NCBI RefSeq assembly: GCF_963921235.1
Contig: NC_086097.1
Span: 208,012,001-208,076,000 of the forward strand
Reading direction: 5' to 3'
Origin: Mobula hypostoma
Lineage: Eukaryota
DNA length: 64,000 nt
The translations under genes and the position numbers were made by a program. The notes below the pieces were generated by a model. That model was not told where the DNA came from. It did no database searches and saw only the letters and a program-made list of their open reading frames with translations. How positions within the stretch are numbered: position 1 is the first letter of the stretch; the number at the start of each line of letters is the position of its first letter. Of this stretch, positions 1 through 12,779 are shown piece after piece.

Positions 1-2520
1 AGCAAGAATTGGAGGAGCAAATTTGTAAAGAGATAGCAGATATTTGTAGTAAGCACACGTTGTGATTGTGGGAGATTTTAATTTTCCACACAAAGACTGG
101 GAAGCCCATACTGTAAATGGGCTGGATGGTTTGGAGTTTGTAAAATGTGTGCAGGATACTTTTTTTGCAGCAATACATAGAGGTACCAACTAGAGAAGAG
201 GCAGTGGTTGGATCTCCTGTTAGGGAATGAGATAGGTCAGGTGATGGAGGTTTGTGTTGGGGAGCACTTCATATCCAGTGATCACAATGCTATTAGTTTC
301 AATATAATTATGGAGAAGGGTAGGTCTGGACCCAGGGTTGGGATTTTTGATTGGAGAAAGGCTAACTTTGAGGAGATGCGAAAGGATTTAGAAGGAGTGG
401 ACTGCGACAATTTGTTTTATAGGAAGAATGTAATAGAGAAATGGAAGTCGCTTATAGCTGAAATTTTGAGAGTACAGAATCTTTATGTTCCTGTTAGGAT
501 AAAAAGAAAGGTTAAAAGTTTGAGAGAAAAAGAGAGATATCTACAATAAATATAGGCAGCATGGAGAATATGAGGTGCTTGAGGAATATAAAGAATGTAA
601 AAAGAATCTTAAGAAAGAAATTAGAAAAGCTAAAAGAAGATAGGAGGTTGCTTTGACAAGTAAGGGGAAAATAAATCCCAAGGGTTTCTACCGTTATATT
701 AATAGCAAAAGGATAGTGAGAGATAAACTTGGCCCCTTAGAGAACCAGAGTGGACAACTATGTGTGGAGCCAAAAGAGATGGGGGAGATTCTAAACAATT
801 TCTTTTCTTTGGTATTCACTAAGGAGAAGGATATTGAATTGAGTAAGATAAGAGAAACAGGTAGGGAAGTTATGGAAACTATGATGATTAAAGAAGAGGA
901 AGTACTGGAGATTTTAAGGAATATAAAAGTGGATAAGTCTCCGGGCCCTGACAGGATATTCCCTAAGACCTTGAGGAAATTTAGTGTGCAAATAGCAGGG
1001 GCTCTGACAGAAATATTTCAAATGTCATTAGAAACAGGCATGGTGCCTGAGGATTGGAGTATTGCTCATGTTGTTCCATTGTTTAAAAAGAGTTCTAAGA
1101 GCAAACCTAGCAATTATCGGCCTGTGAGTTTGACGTCAGTGGTGGGTAAATTGATGGGAAGTATTCTTAGGGATGGTATATATAATTATCTGCATAGACA
1201 GGGTCTGATTAGGAACAGTCGACATGGATTAGTGCATGGAAGGTCATGTTTGACAAATCTTATTGAATTTTTTGAAGCGGTTACTAGGAAAGTTGACGAG
1301 GGTAAAGCAGGGGATGTTGTCTATATGGACTTCAGTAAGACCTTTGACAAGGTCCCACACGGAAGGTTGGTTAGGAAGGTTTAATCGTTAGGTATTAATA
1401 TTGAAGTAGTAAAATGGATTCAGCAGTGGCTAGATGGGAGACGCCACAGAGTGGTGGTGGATAACTGTTTGTCAGATTGGAGGCCGGTGACTGGTGGTGT
1501 GCCTCAGGGATCTGTACTGGGTCCAATGTTATTTGTCATACACATTAATGATCTGGATGATGGGGTGGTAAATTGGATTAGTAAGTATGCAGGTGATAGG
1601 TGGAGTTGTGGATAATGAAGTAGGTTTTCAAAGCTTGCAGAGAGATTTAGGCCAGTTAGAAGAGCGGGCTGAAAGATGGCAGATGGAGTTTAATACCAAT
1701 AAATGTGAAGTGTTACATTTTGGTAGGACTAATCAAAATAGGACATACATGGTAAATGGTCGGGCAATGAAGAATGCAGTAGAGCAGAGGGATCTAGGAA
1801 TAATGGTGCATAGTTCCCTGAAGGTGGAATCTCATGTGGATAGGGTGGTGAAGAAAGCTTTTGGTATGCTGGCCTTTATTAACCAGAGCATTGAGTGTAG
1901 GAGTTGGAATGTAATGTTGAAATTGTACAAGGCATTGGTGAGGCCAAATTTGGAGTATTGTGTACAGTTTTGGTCACCGAATTATAGGAAAGATGTCAAC
2001 AAAATAGAGAGCGTACAGAGAAGATTTACCAGAATTTTACCCGGGTTTCATCACCTAAGTTACAGAGAAAGGTTGAACAAGTTGGCTCTTTATTCTTTGA
2101 AACATAGAAGGTTGAGGGGGGACTTGATAGAGGTATTTAAAATTATGAGGGGGATAGATAGAGTGGACATGGATAGGCTTTTTCCATTGAGAGTAGGGGA
2201 GATTCAAACAAGAGGACATGAGTTGAAAGTTAAAGGGCAAAAGTTTAGGGGTAACATGAGGGGGAACTTCTTTACTCAGAGAGTGGTAGCTGTGTAGAAC
2301 GAGCTTCCAGCAGAAATGGTTGAGGCAGGTTTGATGTTGTCATTTAAAGTTAAATTGGATAGCTATATGGACAGGAAAGAAATGGAAGGTTATGGGCTGA
2401 GTGCAGGTCAGTGGGGCTTGGTGAGAGTAAGAGTTCGGCACGGACTAGAAGGGCCGAGATGGCCTGTTTCCATGCTGTAATTGTTATATGGTTATATATG
2501 GTTATAACATGATTACATGG
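1..2520 (+). mobile_element. CR1-clade LINE, ORF2 (APE endonuclease + RT) broken by stops and frameshifts, (ATATGGTT)n-like tail; cut by window start
   Basis: ORFs 208-549 (SDHNAISF), 653-1384 (KSPGPD, NYRPVSLTS, DFSKTFDKVPH) and 1587-2297 (LEYCVQFWSP, RGDLIEVFKI); short tandem tail about 2480-2520. Confidence 0.95.
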
Positions 2521-2948
2521 GTGTTTGGCTGTGCAGTCACGTGTGAGCACAGTCTACAGTAACGAGCTCAGCACAATGCTAGGGCCATAAATGTTGATCA
2601 CGACATGAGAGGAGCGGTTGTGCATCCTGACCATCTGAGATCTTTCAGCTAGGAAGTCCAACACACATTTGCACAGAGGTGTATTTAGACCAAAGGTGGG
2701 GAGTGTTGGGCAGATGGAACCAGATCTGGCATGTGTAGAAGTGGGTAGGGAGATTACTTAGAGAGAGGGGCTGGAAGGGTGACTAAATGACTTTCTGTAA
2801 TATGATATAACATAAACATCAAATAAAATGTCATTAAGATCAATGGAAAACAATTTAGCTTCCGGAGATATAAACTAAATAAACCATCACAGAAGATTAT
2901 TACTGCAAAAATTCAAATGCAAGTACTTAAAAAATGGCTACTAAATTC

Positions 2949-3048
2949 AACAACACACACAAGATGCTGGAGGAACTTGGCAGGCCAGGCAGCATCTATG
3001 GAAAAGAATACAGTCAACGTTTCAGGCCACGGCCCTTCATCAAAACTG
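2949..3048 (-). mobile_element. Penelope-like pseudo-LTR fragment with degenerate hammerhead
   Basis: Reverse complement of 3011-3048 reads CAGTT TTGATGA AGGGCCGTGGCCT GAAA CGTT GACTG; core C mutated to T. Confidence 0.8.
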
Positions 3049-3049
3049 A

Positions 3050-5422
3050 TGCCATATTTAAGTGTGGTGAAAAACACCACTGTTGTTAACCGAATCAAAG
3101 TTGATAAATAGGCATAGAGGGAGATTGAAAAGATGGTTGACAACAGCAACCTCTCACTGAACACCAGCAGAACTAAAGAGCTTATTATTACCTCCAGGAG
3201 GAAGAAACCGGAGGTCCACGAGCCTGTTCTCATCAGGGGATCAGAGGTGGAGAAGGTCAGTAACTTTAAATTCCTCGATATTGTCATATCAGAGAATCTG
3301 ACCTGAGCACAGCACTCAATTGCTATTATCAAAGTTCAAATTCAAAGTAAATTTATTCTCAGTCACCTGAGATGCATTTTCTTGTGAGCATTCACAATTA
3401 ATACAAAGAAGTACCATAGAATCAATGGAAAATTGCATACAATGTAGACAAACAACACGCAGAAGACAACAAACTGTGCAAACACAAAAAGAAAACAAAA
3501 AATAATAATAATAAACAATAAATATCAAGAACATGAGATGAAGAGTACTTGGAAGCTAGTCCATAGATTGTGGGATCAGTTCAGTGTGAGGGAGAGTGAA
3601 GTTTTCCACTCTGGTTCAAGAGCCTGATGGCTGCAGTGATGATCTGGCTTCATGCTTGTGGACCCACTTTCATGAACCAGTTCTGAATGTTATTTGCTGA
3701 CTTTTATTGCTTGCACGATTTTTTTCTGCACATTGGGTCTTTTTTTCATTAAAATGGATTCTATTGGGTTTCTTTGTTTTGTGGCTGCCCTTAAGCTAAC
3801 AAATCTCAAGGTTGTATACAGTATGCATATTTTGATAACAACTGTTCCTGAACTTGGTGGTGTGGGTCCAAAGGCTCCTTCTAGCACTTCCTTCCCAATG
3901 GCAGCAGTGAGAAGAGAGCATGGCCTCAATGGTGAGGGTCCTGAATGGAGGGAGATATAAAAATCTGACTGAATGTGCCACAACAATAATCTATCACTAG
4001 GTATCAGCAAAACCAAAGAGCTGATTGACTACGGGAGGAAACTGGAGGTCCATGAGCTCGTCATCAACGGGGGATCAGAAGTGGAGAGGGTCAGCAACTT
4101 TAAATTCCTCGGCGTTATCGTATCAGAGGACCTGTCCCACGACCAGCATGCAAGTGCCAGTTCAAAAAAGGCACACAGCACCTTTACTTTCTTTGAAGTT
4201 TGCATACATTCGTCATATTATCGAAAACTTTTGACAGTCCAGTCCATCACAGGTAACTCGCTCCCTTTCACTAAGCATATTTACAAGGAGCACCGCAACA
4301 GGAAAGCAGCATCAAAGGCCCCCATTATCCAGGCCATGCTCTTTTCTTGCTGCTGCCATTGGGAAGGAGATTGGAAACTTGGCTGAGTGGTATAATAACA
4401 ACCACCTCTCACTCAATGTCAGTAAGATCAAGGAACTGAATGTAGATTTCAGAAGAGGGAAACCAGAGGTCCATAAGCCAGTAATCAAAGGATCAGAGGT
4501 AGAGAGGGTCAGTAACTTTAAATTCCTGGGTGTCACCATCTCGGGGACCTGTCCTGGACCCACCATTATTGCGAAGAAAGCACAACAGCGCCTCTACTTC
4601 ATCAGGAGACTGCAAAGGTTTGGCATGTCATCAAAAAACTTGGCAAACTTTTGCAGATGTGTGGTGTAAAGTGTGCTGACTGGCTACATTACTGCCTGGT
4701 ATGGGAACACTAATGTCTTTGAGTGGAAATTTCTACCAAAGGTAGTAGATTTGGCCCAGCACGTCACGGGTAAAACCCTCCCAACCACTGAGCACATCTA
4801 CATGAAACATTGCCGTCGAAAAGCAGCATCCATCATCCAAGATCCTCACCACCCAGGCCATGCTCTTTTCTTGCTGCTGCCATCACTCGGACCACCAGGT
4901 TCAACTCTCAACCATTAGGCTCATCAACAAAAGGGGATAGCTACACACATTTAAAGACTCTGTAGTACTGTTATTTCATGCCCGTTATTTATTTATATTT
5001 GCATTTGCACAGTTTGTTTGCAGTTTACAGTTACCATTCTATGGATTTGCTAAGTATGTCCACAGAAAAGGAATCTCAAGGGTTGTATGTCGTGACGTGT
5101 ATGTTGAACAGTTATTACCCTTCAACCATCAAGTTCCTGAATCCAATGTGGATAAGTTATTCACCTCAACTCCGAACTGTTTCCACAACCTATGGACTCA
5201 CTTTCAAGGGCTCTACAACTCAGGTTCTCAGTATTATTTATTTATTATTTGCAGTTTGCCTTTGTCTTTAAACATGCTGGCTGTTTGTCAGTCCTTGTGT
5301 GTAATTTTTCATTCATTCTATTGTATTTCTTTGTTCTACTGTGAATGCCTGCAAGAATAGGAACCTAAAGGTAATATATGGTGACATATACATACTTTGA
5401 TAAAAAAAACTTTAAACTTTGA
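3050..5422 (+). mobile_element. Cluster of nested, decayed Rex1/Babar-type LINE 3' fragments (some in minus orientation)
   Basis: Repeated NLSLNVSKxKEL / VERVSNFKFLGV / HPGHALF peptides in ORFs 3973-4386, 4379-4669 and 4673-4918; tails resembling AATAAA...CTTTGA. Confidence 0.8.
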
Positions 5423-5566
5423 GTGCTGAAACCTCTGACTTAATTCAACACATTGTTTACACAAATATAATTTATAGCTCATCATTGCCAGCATCTATAC
5501 TCCACAGTCCATTCGTTCCTAATTGTTTAAAATGCAACTTTGCGTAAACTGTCCTTCATCAAGTTG

Positions 5567-5579
5567 TGCTGACTCAGCA
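5567..5579. promoter_or_regulatory. Perfect palindromic Maf recognition element (T-MARE) TGCTGACTCAGCA in ATP6V1H intron 2
   Basis: Exact consensus match in unique sequence; function untested. Confidence 0.4.
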
Positions 5580-7211
5580 CCTCCATCTTCCTTGAGCTAG
5601 ACTGCATCTCAATCTTCCAAATTTAATTTCCATAGCAGTAACCCCCGTAGCATCCTCAATCATTATTTTCTTACAGCACACTTTCTGAAATTTTCAAGTC
5701 TGACATTTTTGCATTCTCTTCGCTCAACCTACCAAGATTCCAGTAGTTAGTCATATTCTCTGAAATTTACTTTTCTACCGGACATAGATTTAAAACAAAA
5801 TGGATTCTGTGACCAAGATTTTATCCACTTCTACATTTTAGGGTGGGATGCCTGATGAATTAGTAGAGGAGCAGTATATAATTAAATAGTTGAAGGAATG
5901 GCAAAACAAAAATAAAGGCAAAGACTTGCACTCTTTAGATGTCATGTATAGGAAAGAACAAGCAATGCAAAGAGATTAAACGGCACCCAGCAAGGACAAG
6001 TTTTTTTTGTTTTACAGGGAAATGAAGCAGAGCTACTTGGTGAGAAAGTGATCTGCAGAAACAGAAAACAGCAAGTCTTGACAGAGAAAAGCTGCTAATT
6101 TCCTCCAATTCTCAAATACATCCGCACAGAAGTATCCTAATTTTAAAAAGCACACTAGGTGACCAATTTATCTTTCTTAGCAGTGAGTAAATTACTTTTC
6201 ATTTTGAAAGCTGGTGCTCACTTGCATCACTTACAAACTGGATCTCGTCAGAAAAGCCAGTTTGAAATGATAATGCAAACAGATGAGGTGTAGCAGGAAA
6301 AAAATAAAAGCAAATAAGTCTTGGATAACAATTTTTAAAATATTCATCCCCATTTATCATGTGGAGGTTTTGGAAAGGCATTTGTTTTTTCAGAAATAAA
6401 ACAAAATGAAAAATGCTTCACTGAAAAAATACATTTGGAAGGAATCAAATACTTTGAGCAAATGCAATCATAGCATCAAGCTTGTAACAGGCAATTAAAA
6501 AGATTGAGATGAATAGTTATGTCTTCAAGGCTGCATTTCCAGTGCAATTTTTATTGACTCAGCTGTACTTTACCAACTAAAAGCAGTTGGTAAAGAGACA
6601 AAATAGTCACTAAGAAAACAGCTAGAGATCATAGAGAAATGGGCACATTCAACATTTTTCAGGAATTCAACATGTCCACAATACATTGTTGAGGATAATT
6701 ATTGGGTCTGATATAAAAATAGAGCAGAGAGGCCTTCAACCCATCACATCCACAACAGTCATCGAATATCTGTATTCCACCCTAATTGCACTTCCTAACA
6801 TTTGGCCTGTCGCCTACAGTGCCATAGCACTTAAAGTACTTAACTATTGCTAGACTACTTTCTCCACATCTCCTTGGGAAGCGTATTCCAGATTTCAACT
6901 ACCAAACACATCCATGTTTCCCAAATAGCCACCCACCTGCAATACAAAAACTACACTAGTTCTTCCAACCAGTGCTTGTTCCATTGACACAAATATATAC
7001 TTAAGATGATTGTTTTGACATAAATGACTCATACCCAAAAAAAATTAATTAAGGGAAGGAGCAAATCAAAGTAAGACTGCCAATGTCATTAAATTGTCCT
7101 TAAAAAAACTGCCAAATTGAGTGTATTTTTAAAAAGGAAAGATGAGTGATACAAAAGGTAGCTAAGACCCTCGGAAGACAATGCTCGGATCATAATTAGA
7201 AATATACTCAC

Positions 7212-7315
7212 TGAAGGTAAGATTGCCAGTTGACCTTATTTGCTCGAACTTCAGCCGCTTTTGCAGCAATAATATTGGTAGGAACTGCAGCATCTACAGC
7301 ACCTCTGATGTCCAT
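7212..7315 (-). CDS. ATP6V1H: V-type proton ATPase subunit H, first coding exon (exon spans 7212-7344; CDS continues beyond window start)
   Basis: Translates MDIRGAVDAAVPTNIIAAKAAEVRANKVNWQSYL+CA, matching the human ATP6V1H N-terminus as I recall it. Strong Kozak AAAATGG; poly-T acceptor with AG at 7345-7346; phase-2 donor CA|GTGAGT at 7206-7211. Not in the ORF track because it is short and spliced. Confidence 0.97.
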
Positions 7316-9179
7316 TTTCTTCAGCTACCTATTACCAAAATTGCCTAAAAAAAACCAAAAATATATTTACTGAGTATTAACCTTAACATCCACCAGGGAA
7401 TCTAGCTGTAACTAAAATCATTCAGAATTTCCTTGTCCATCCTCCCAGAAATGCAAAATGTACCGTTTTATTACCTGGACAAGAAACAAAAGGGGGATCA
7501 GAGGGTGGGGAGAGAGAAGCAGCAGGATTAAAAAAATCCTAACCAATTAATACATCTGCTGTTCTGCTCACTGAAGGCTCGTAGCTTTACTGTTTCAGTA
7601 TTTAAGATAATACAATCCAGTAACAGTACACTTCGAGGGTAAGCAAGTGTGTCCCACAGTTCCAGCTGCTTCCAAAATTAACATTGGATATCAACAATCA
7701 TCCAAACAAGAACAGTATAGCAACAATCATTCAGACAGATTCACTGATCAATAATGCCAATTTGTTCTGATTTCCCAATGAACAAATAATAGTCAAGCAA
7801 AAGTTAACAGATCACACAGACTCTTTTCTACCATGGTCTATTTAATAATTTGTAACAAAGCCCATATAGAAAGTGATTGTGCATTATCAGAGCTTAAACA
7901 AGTGCCATTAAAAACATATGGGCAAATTCAATTATTAGACCAGCAATTCTCCAAAATCTATTCTATACTGTTTTACATTATCTAAAATGTAACTATTACT
8001 AGGAGTTTAATTATTAAACCACTTGGTATGAAGTTTTGGGTGCTTTCAATCCTATCCTCAATCTTCAATCCTAAAACCTGTGAAAAAAATACAATGTGAA
8101 AAACATCTTCTTTAAAATGTGTTTGTATTTTGTCCTAATTACAAAGAGGAGCACTCCACAGGATACATATATATGCCTAAAGAATACATGTATACGAACA
8201 ACTAATCCAGAAAAAAAACATGTTATTTGCAATTAACACAAAGCCATCTTTGTCAGAACAAACTGCAGTCATCTTTTTCGTTAACCTTTAGAACAAATAT
8301 TTATACCTCTGGATCTCAAATTAAAGTTTTACATGAAGAATTAGATTTCATTTAGCACTGTCAAACATAAAATTTACTAAAGAATCAATTTCTCACGTTT
8401 TTCAAATTCCCTTCCCAACGTGCTTTTTATTTGACATAAGTTTTAACAAAACTGAATGTTAGTTCTATAAAATGCTACATATGCAATACCGCTGCAACAT
8501 ACAGGACCAAACAACAAGTTGTTTCAAGTACACTAGACAAAATGAACAACTACCTTCCACAAAAAGGCAGATTCCATTTATCCTCTCTTATTTATCAAAG
8601 GGATGGAAGCTGTCATCAGCACTTCTATCAGCTAGCACTAACCATGACCTGCACACAATTTCCCATTTTAGGTTTTGCTAGGACAATAGAGTTCCAAACC
8701 TTATTACAGTTATGCTCTAAACCAGGGTCAAAGAACCAAATTTCAAAGGCAATACATCATTTGTCATCAAAACTCCCCTTGACAGAGTAGGGCATCAAGG
8801 ATCCCGGAAGAACTCAATGGGGAATCCTGAGGAAATCCAATCCGCTGTTTGGAGACAAGCCTCACACAAACTAAGAGTTGTTAAAGACCAGCTATCTCAG
8901 CTCAAGTTATTGCTACAACTGCTCCTCCAAGCGACGTCTTCATTACACCCAGTGAAATTGCCTTCGTTAACAATTGCACTTCATAATCTACCGTAACTGG
9001 GCAGATAGTGGAACAAGATGGATAAGGATAGCCAAAAAATGCTAGCCTTGCCAGTAATGCTCATAAATCAAATTAATAAAAAGGCTCTACCAGTATAATT
9101 AAGGATTTTGAAATTTATAAATAGCAAAGAAGAATCTGTGCTCTCATCTAGAAAACTGAGGTGACAAACTTCTAAAGGT

Positions 9180-10138
9180 AAATTGCTGGCATGGAAAACA
9201 ACAATGCCCAGGAACAAAAAATAAATCCTGCAGAAAGTGGCGGATACAGCCCAGTACACGACAGGCAAAGCCTTCCCCACCATTGAGCACAACTACAAGG
9301 TGCTCTGCCACAAGAAAGCAGCACCTATCATCAAAACGTTTATTCGGCTTTGTGATGGACTGTGGCTGTAGCCTGCTCCAAATGCAGCGATGCCTGACTT
9401 CGTGTCTTCCATAAAGCTTCAGTTCTGAAGCTATTTGCTTACATCAATTGTTTGCACAATTTGTTTTTCTCCCCCTCTCTGGATTCTGGGTGCTTAGTGG
9501 TCTTCTTTTTTTATGGGCGCTTTTGCAATGTCTTTGGTTTGTGACTGCCAGTAAGGAGCTGCATCTCAAGGCTGCACAATGTACTGTATACATACTTCAA
9601 TAATAAATGTACTTTGAAGTAACCCCGCCATCCAGGCCTTGCTCGCTTCTTGCTGCTGCCATCGGAGAGGAGGGACATGAGCTTTAGGTCCCACATGTTG
9701 GGCATTAGCCTACAAAGCACCCAGGGCATCTTCAGAGAGTGGTGTATCAGAAAGGCAGCGTCCATTATTAAAGACCTCCAGCACCCAGGGCATGCCCTTT
9801 TCTCACTGTTACCATCAGGTAGGAGATACAGAAGCCTGAAGGCACACACTCAACGATTTAGGAACAGCTTCTTCCCCTCTGCCATCCGATTTCAAATGGA
9901 CTTTGAAGCTTTGGACACTACCTCACTTTTTTGATATACAGTATTTCTGTTTTTGCATGTTTTTTTGAAATAATCTATTCAATATACATAATTGATTTAC
10001 TTGTTTATTTATGTTTTATTTTATTTATTATTATTTTTTTCTCTCTCTGATAGATTATGTATTGCATTGAACTGCTGCTGCTAAGTTAACAAATTTCACA
10101 TCACATGCCGGTGATAATAAACCTGATTCTGATTCTGA
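9180..10138 (+). mobile_element. Rex1/Babar LINE 3' fragments, (GATTCT)n tail
   Basis: KAASIIKDLQHPGHALFSLLPSGRRYRSLK peptide (ORF 9650-9934); AATAAACCTGATTCTGATTCTGA end. Confidence 0.85.
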
Positions 10139-10649
10139 ACTTGAAAGAATGGACAAAAAGGTGGCAGATGGAATATAGTGTTGGGAAATGCATGATAATG
10201 CATTTTGGTAAAAGGAACAATACTACAGGATGTTATCTAAATAGCAAATTCAAACATCAAAGGTGCGGGGGAACTTGGAAGTCCTCTTGCAAAACTTGCA
10301 GAGGTTAATTCATAGGTTGAGTCTGGTAAAGAAGGTAAGTGCAATTTTGACACTTATTTAAAGAAGAATAGAATATAAAGACAAGGAGATAATGCTGACA
10401 CTTTACAAGACACTTGTTAGGCTGAACTTGGAGTATTGTCAACAGTTTTGGGCTCCTTTATCTCAGAAAGGATGTACTGTCATTGGAGAGTCCAGAGGAA
10501 TTTCACAAGGATGATTCCAGGAAAGAAGGAGTTAACATATGAGGAATGTTTGGCAGCTTTGAGCCTGTACTCACTGGAATTTAGAAGCAACATACATCAA
10601 AGTTGCTGGTGAACGCAGCAGGCCAGGCAGCATCTATAGGAAGAAGCGC

Positions 10650-10685
10650 AGTCAACGTTTCAGGCCGAGACCCTTCGTCAGGACT
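10650..10685 (-). ncRNA. Minimal type I hammerhead ribozyme motif (GUU site)
   Basis: AGUC-CUGACGA-AGGGUCUCGGCCU-GAAA-CG-UU-GACU on the minus strand. Confidence 0.8.
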
Positions 10686-10690
10686 AACTT

Positions 10691-10726
10691 AGTCCTGACG
10701 AAGGGTCTCGGCCTGAAACGTCGACT
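10691..10726 (+). ncRNA. Minimal type I hammerhead ribozyme motif (GUC site)
   Basis: Stem I AGUC/GACU, core CUGACGA 10695-10701, stem II 10702-10714, GAAA 10715-10718, palindromic ACGU stem III, predicted cleavage after C10722. Confidence 0.82.
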
Positions 10727-12779
10727 GCGCTTCTTCCTATAGATGCTGCCTGGCCTGCTGCGTTCACCAGCAACTTTGATGTATGTTACTTGAATTTCCA
10801 GCATCTGCAGAATTCCTGTTGTTTGGAATTTAGAAGGATGTTTAGGGATCTCACTGAAACGTACCAAATGTTGAAAGGACTAGATAAGGTGGATTTGGAG
10901 AGAAAATTTCCTCTGGTGGAGGTATCCAGAACTAGGGGGGCACAACCTCAAAATTAAGGGATGACCTTTTAGAACAGAAGTAAGGAGGATTTTTTTTTTA
11001 GCCAAAGGTTGGTGATTCTGTGGAATGCTTTGCCACAGGCTGCGGTGTAGGCCAAGTCCATGGGAAAATTAAAAATCAGAAGTTGATAGATTCCTGATTG
11101 GTTGGGGCACCAAGGGAAATGGTGAGAGGGTAGGTGTATGGGGTTGAATGGGATGTGGGATCAGTCATGATAGAGACTGAGTAGCCTAATTCTGCTCCTA
11201 TGTCTTATAGTCTTATGATTTAGGAGTAGTTATTATGTTTTAACCATCAGGCGCCTAAACTAGTGAGGATAACTTCACTCACCTCAACTCTGAACTGATT
11301 CCACAAACTATGGATCCACTTTCAAGGACTCTAACTCAGTCTCAGTAGCACTGACTTACTTATTGTTAGTATTTGTTTTATTTTGTATTTGCACAGTCTG
11401 TCTTTTGCACATTTCATGTTTGTCAGTATTTGCTAATGTGTAGTTTTTGCAATGACTCTCGCACTTTTGTCTTACTGTGAATGCCTGCAAGAAAATGAAT
11501 CTTAAGGTGACATATGCAATTTGATAATAAATTTATTTTGATCTTGAACTTTCAGGTAACGAGTTAGAACAAGTATCAAAAAAAAATAGCAGCACCGGTC
11601 TTACCAACAGAAATCTATCTAGCCAGCAGGAACTAATATGGCACTATCTTCGGGTGCTATATTTGGGGAGTGAGATCTACTTTCATTCACCTAATTCATC
11701 AGTTGCCCATCGTACATTATATCAAAGGTATTCAAAAGTATAACAAACAGGTGCATATTTTTGACCATGTCTATAATACAGTTTTAGTACTATTGTGCTA
11801 TTGATAATGTTGATTTTTTATATTTATTATGATCATAATAATCATAATGTTCTGATTTGTTTTATATTTCATTTAAATACATAATTTGTTACTCAGAACT
11901 TGGTCCTGATGTGTCCCAATGAATGAAAATTGATAATTTACATATAACCGATGCCCAATTTCCAATCTACGCCTTGATTTTAATTCAAAAATACTTTCAA
12001 TGCAATAGTCCACATTTATCTTTAATAAGTATAATTTAGACCTTTCCACTTCCTTCACCAGAATTTGGAATTCTGGCACAACTGTTGTCATAACATTAAC
12101 ATAGCATGCAAAACAAAGGACTTTCCAGTGTATCTCAGAAATAGGCTAATAATAAACCAATTCATTAGGATTTACTGGATTTTTAACCACAGGTTAATGG
12201 TAGTACTTTGACTTTTGTACACACTGATTCACAGGACATACAAGGCTGCTTCCTGCCTCAGTTATTGTAATTCACCAGGTTATGCTTTTGGTTCAGTGTT
12301 ACTTGCGGGAAGGAAGTTCCCAATCCCAAAACAAAGTTGAGCTTTGCTTGCCTTTTACCACCAAATACAATATTCCAGAAACTCCTGTGTTGATTGTTTC
12401 CTCTAGTGGTCTGATTATATTAACGAATTTGTTTATGCCTCCCATAACATTTGATATTTCAATTATCCTAAATTCAGTAACCAAGTAAAACAAAAACATA
12501 ATGCAAAATGTCAATACACTGAAATGAAAGGTTAAACTAAAACTTCTCAGATTTTTAAAGTAGTGAATGCAATTCATTGCGAAATTAGGGAAGGAAAAGT
12601 GGGTGGAAATCACAAGGACAATCAGCGAATGATTACTAATCAAAAAGCATTTGGATGTGCAATAGAACTACACCTTGAAACTAATTTGGTGCATCAACAG
12701 CCGTGGAAATAAGGTGCACCGCTATAACCTTCAGGACAACACTGTTGACAAAACACACGGGAGATGAACCAAACAGAAA

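Larger units (their letters stand above)
10588..10823. mobile_element. Fold-back PLE pseudo-LTR insertion (99-bp inverted arms plus about 35-nt tail), 13-bp TSD
   Basis: Arms 10589-10687 and 10689-10787 with 1 mismatch; TSD TGGAATTTAGAAG at 10575-10587 and 10824-10836; matches the 3' ends of the PLEs at 38.0 and 52.4 kb. Confidence 0.93.
10140..11220 (+). mobile_element. Decayed CR1 3' region, split by a PLE hairpin insertion
   Basis: WQMEYSVGKCMIMHFGK peptide; CR1 3' UTR ending CTGCTCCTATGTCTTATAGTCTTATG. Confidence 0.88.

Noticed and set aside
1..7211. ATP6V1H exon 3 (GQMIS...)
   Set aside because: No matching minus-strand sequence found; it presumably lies beyond the window start
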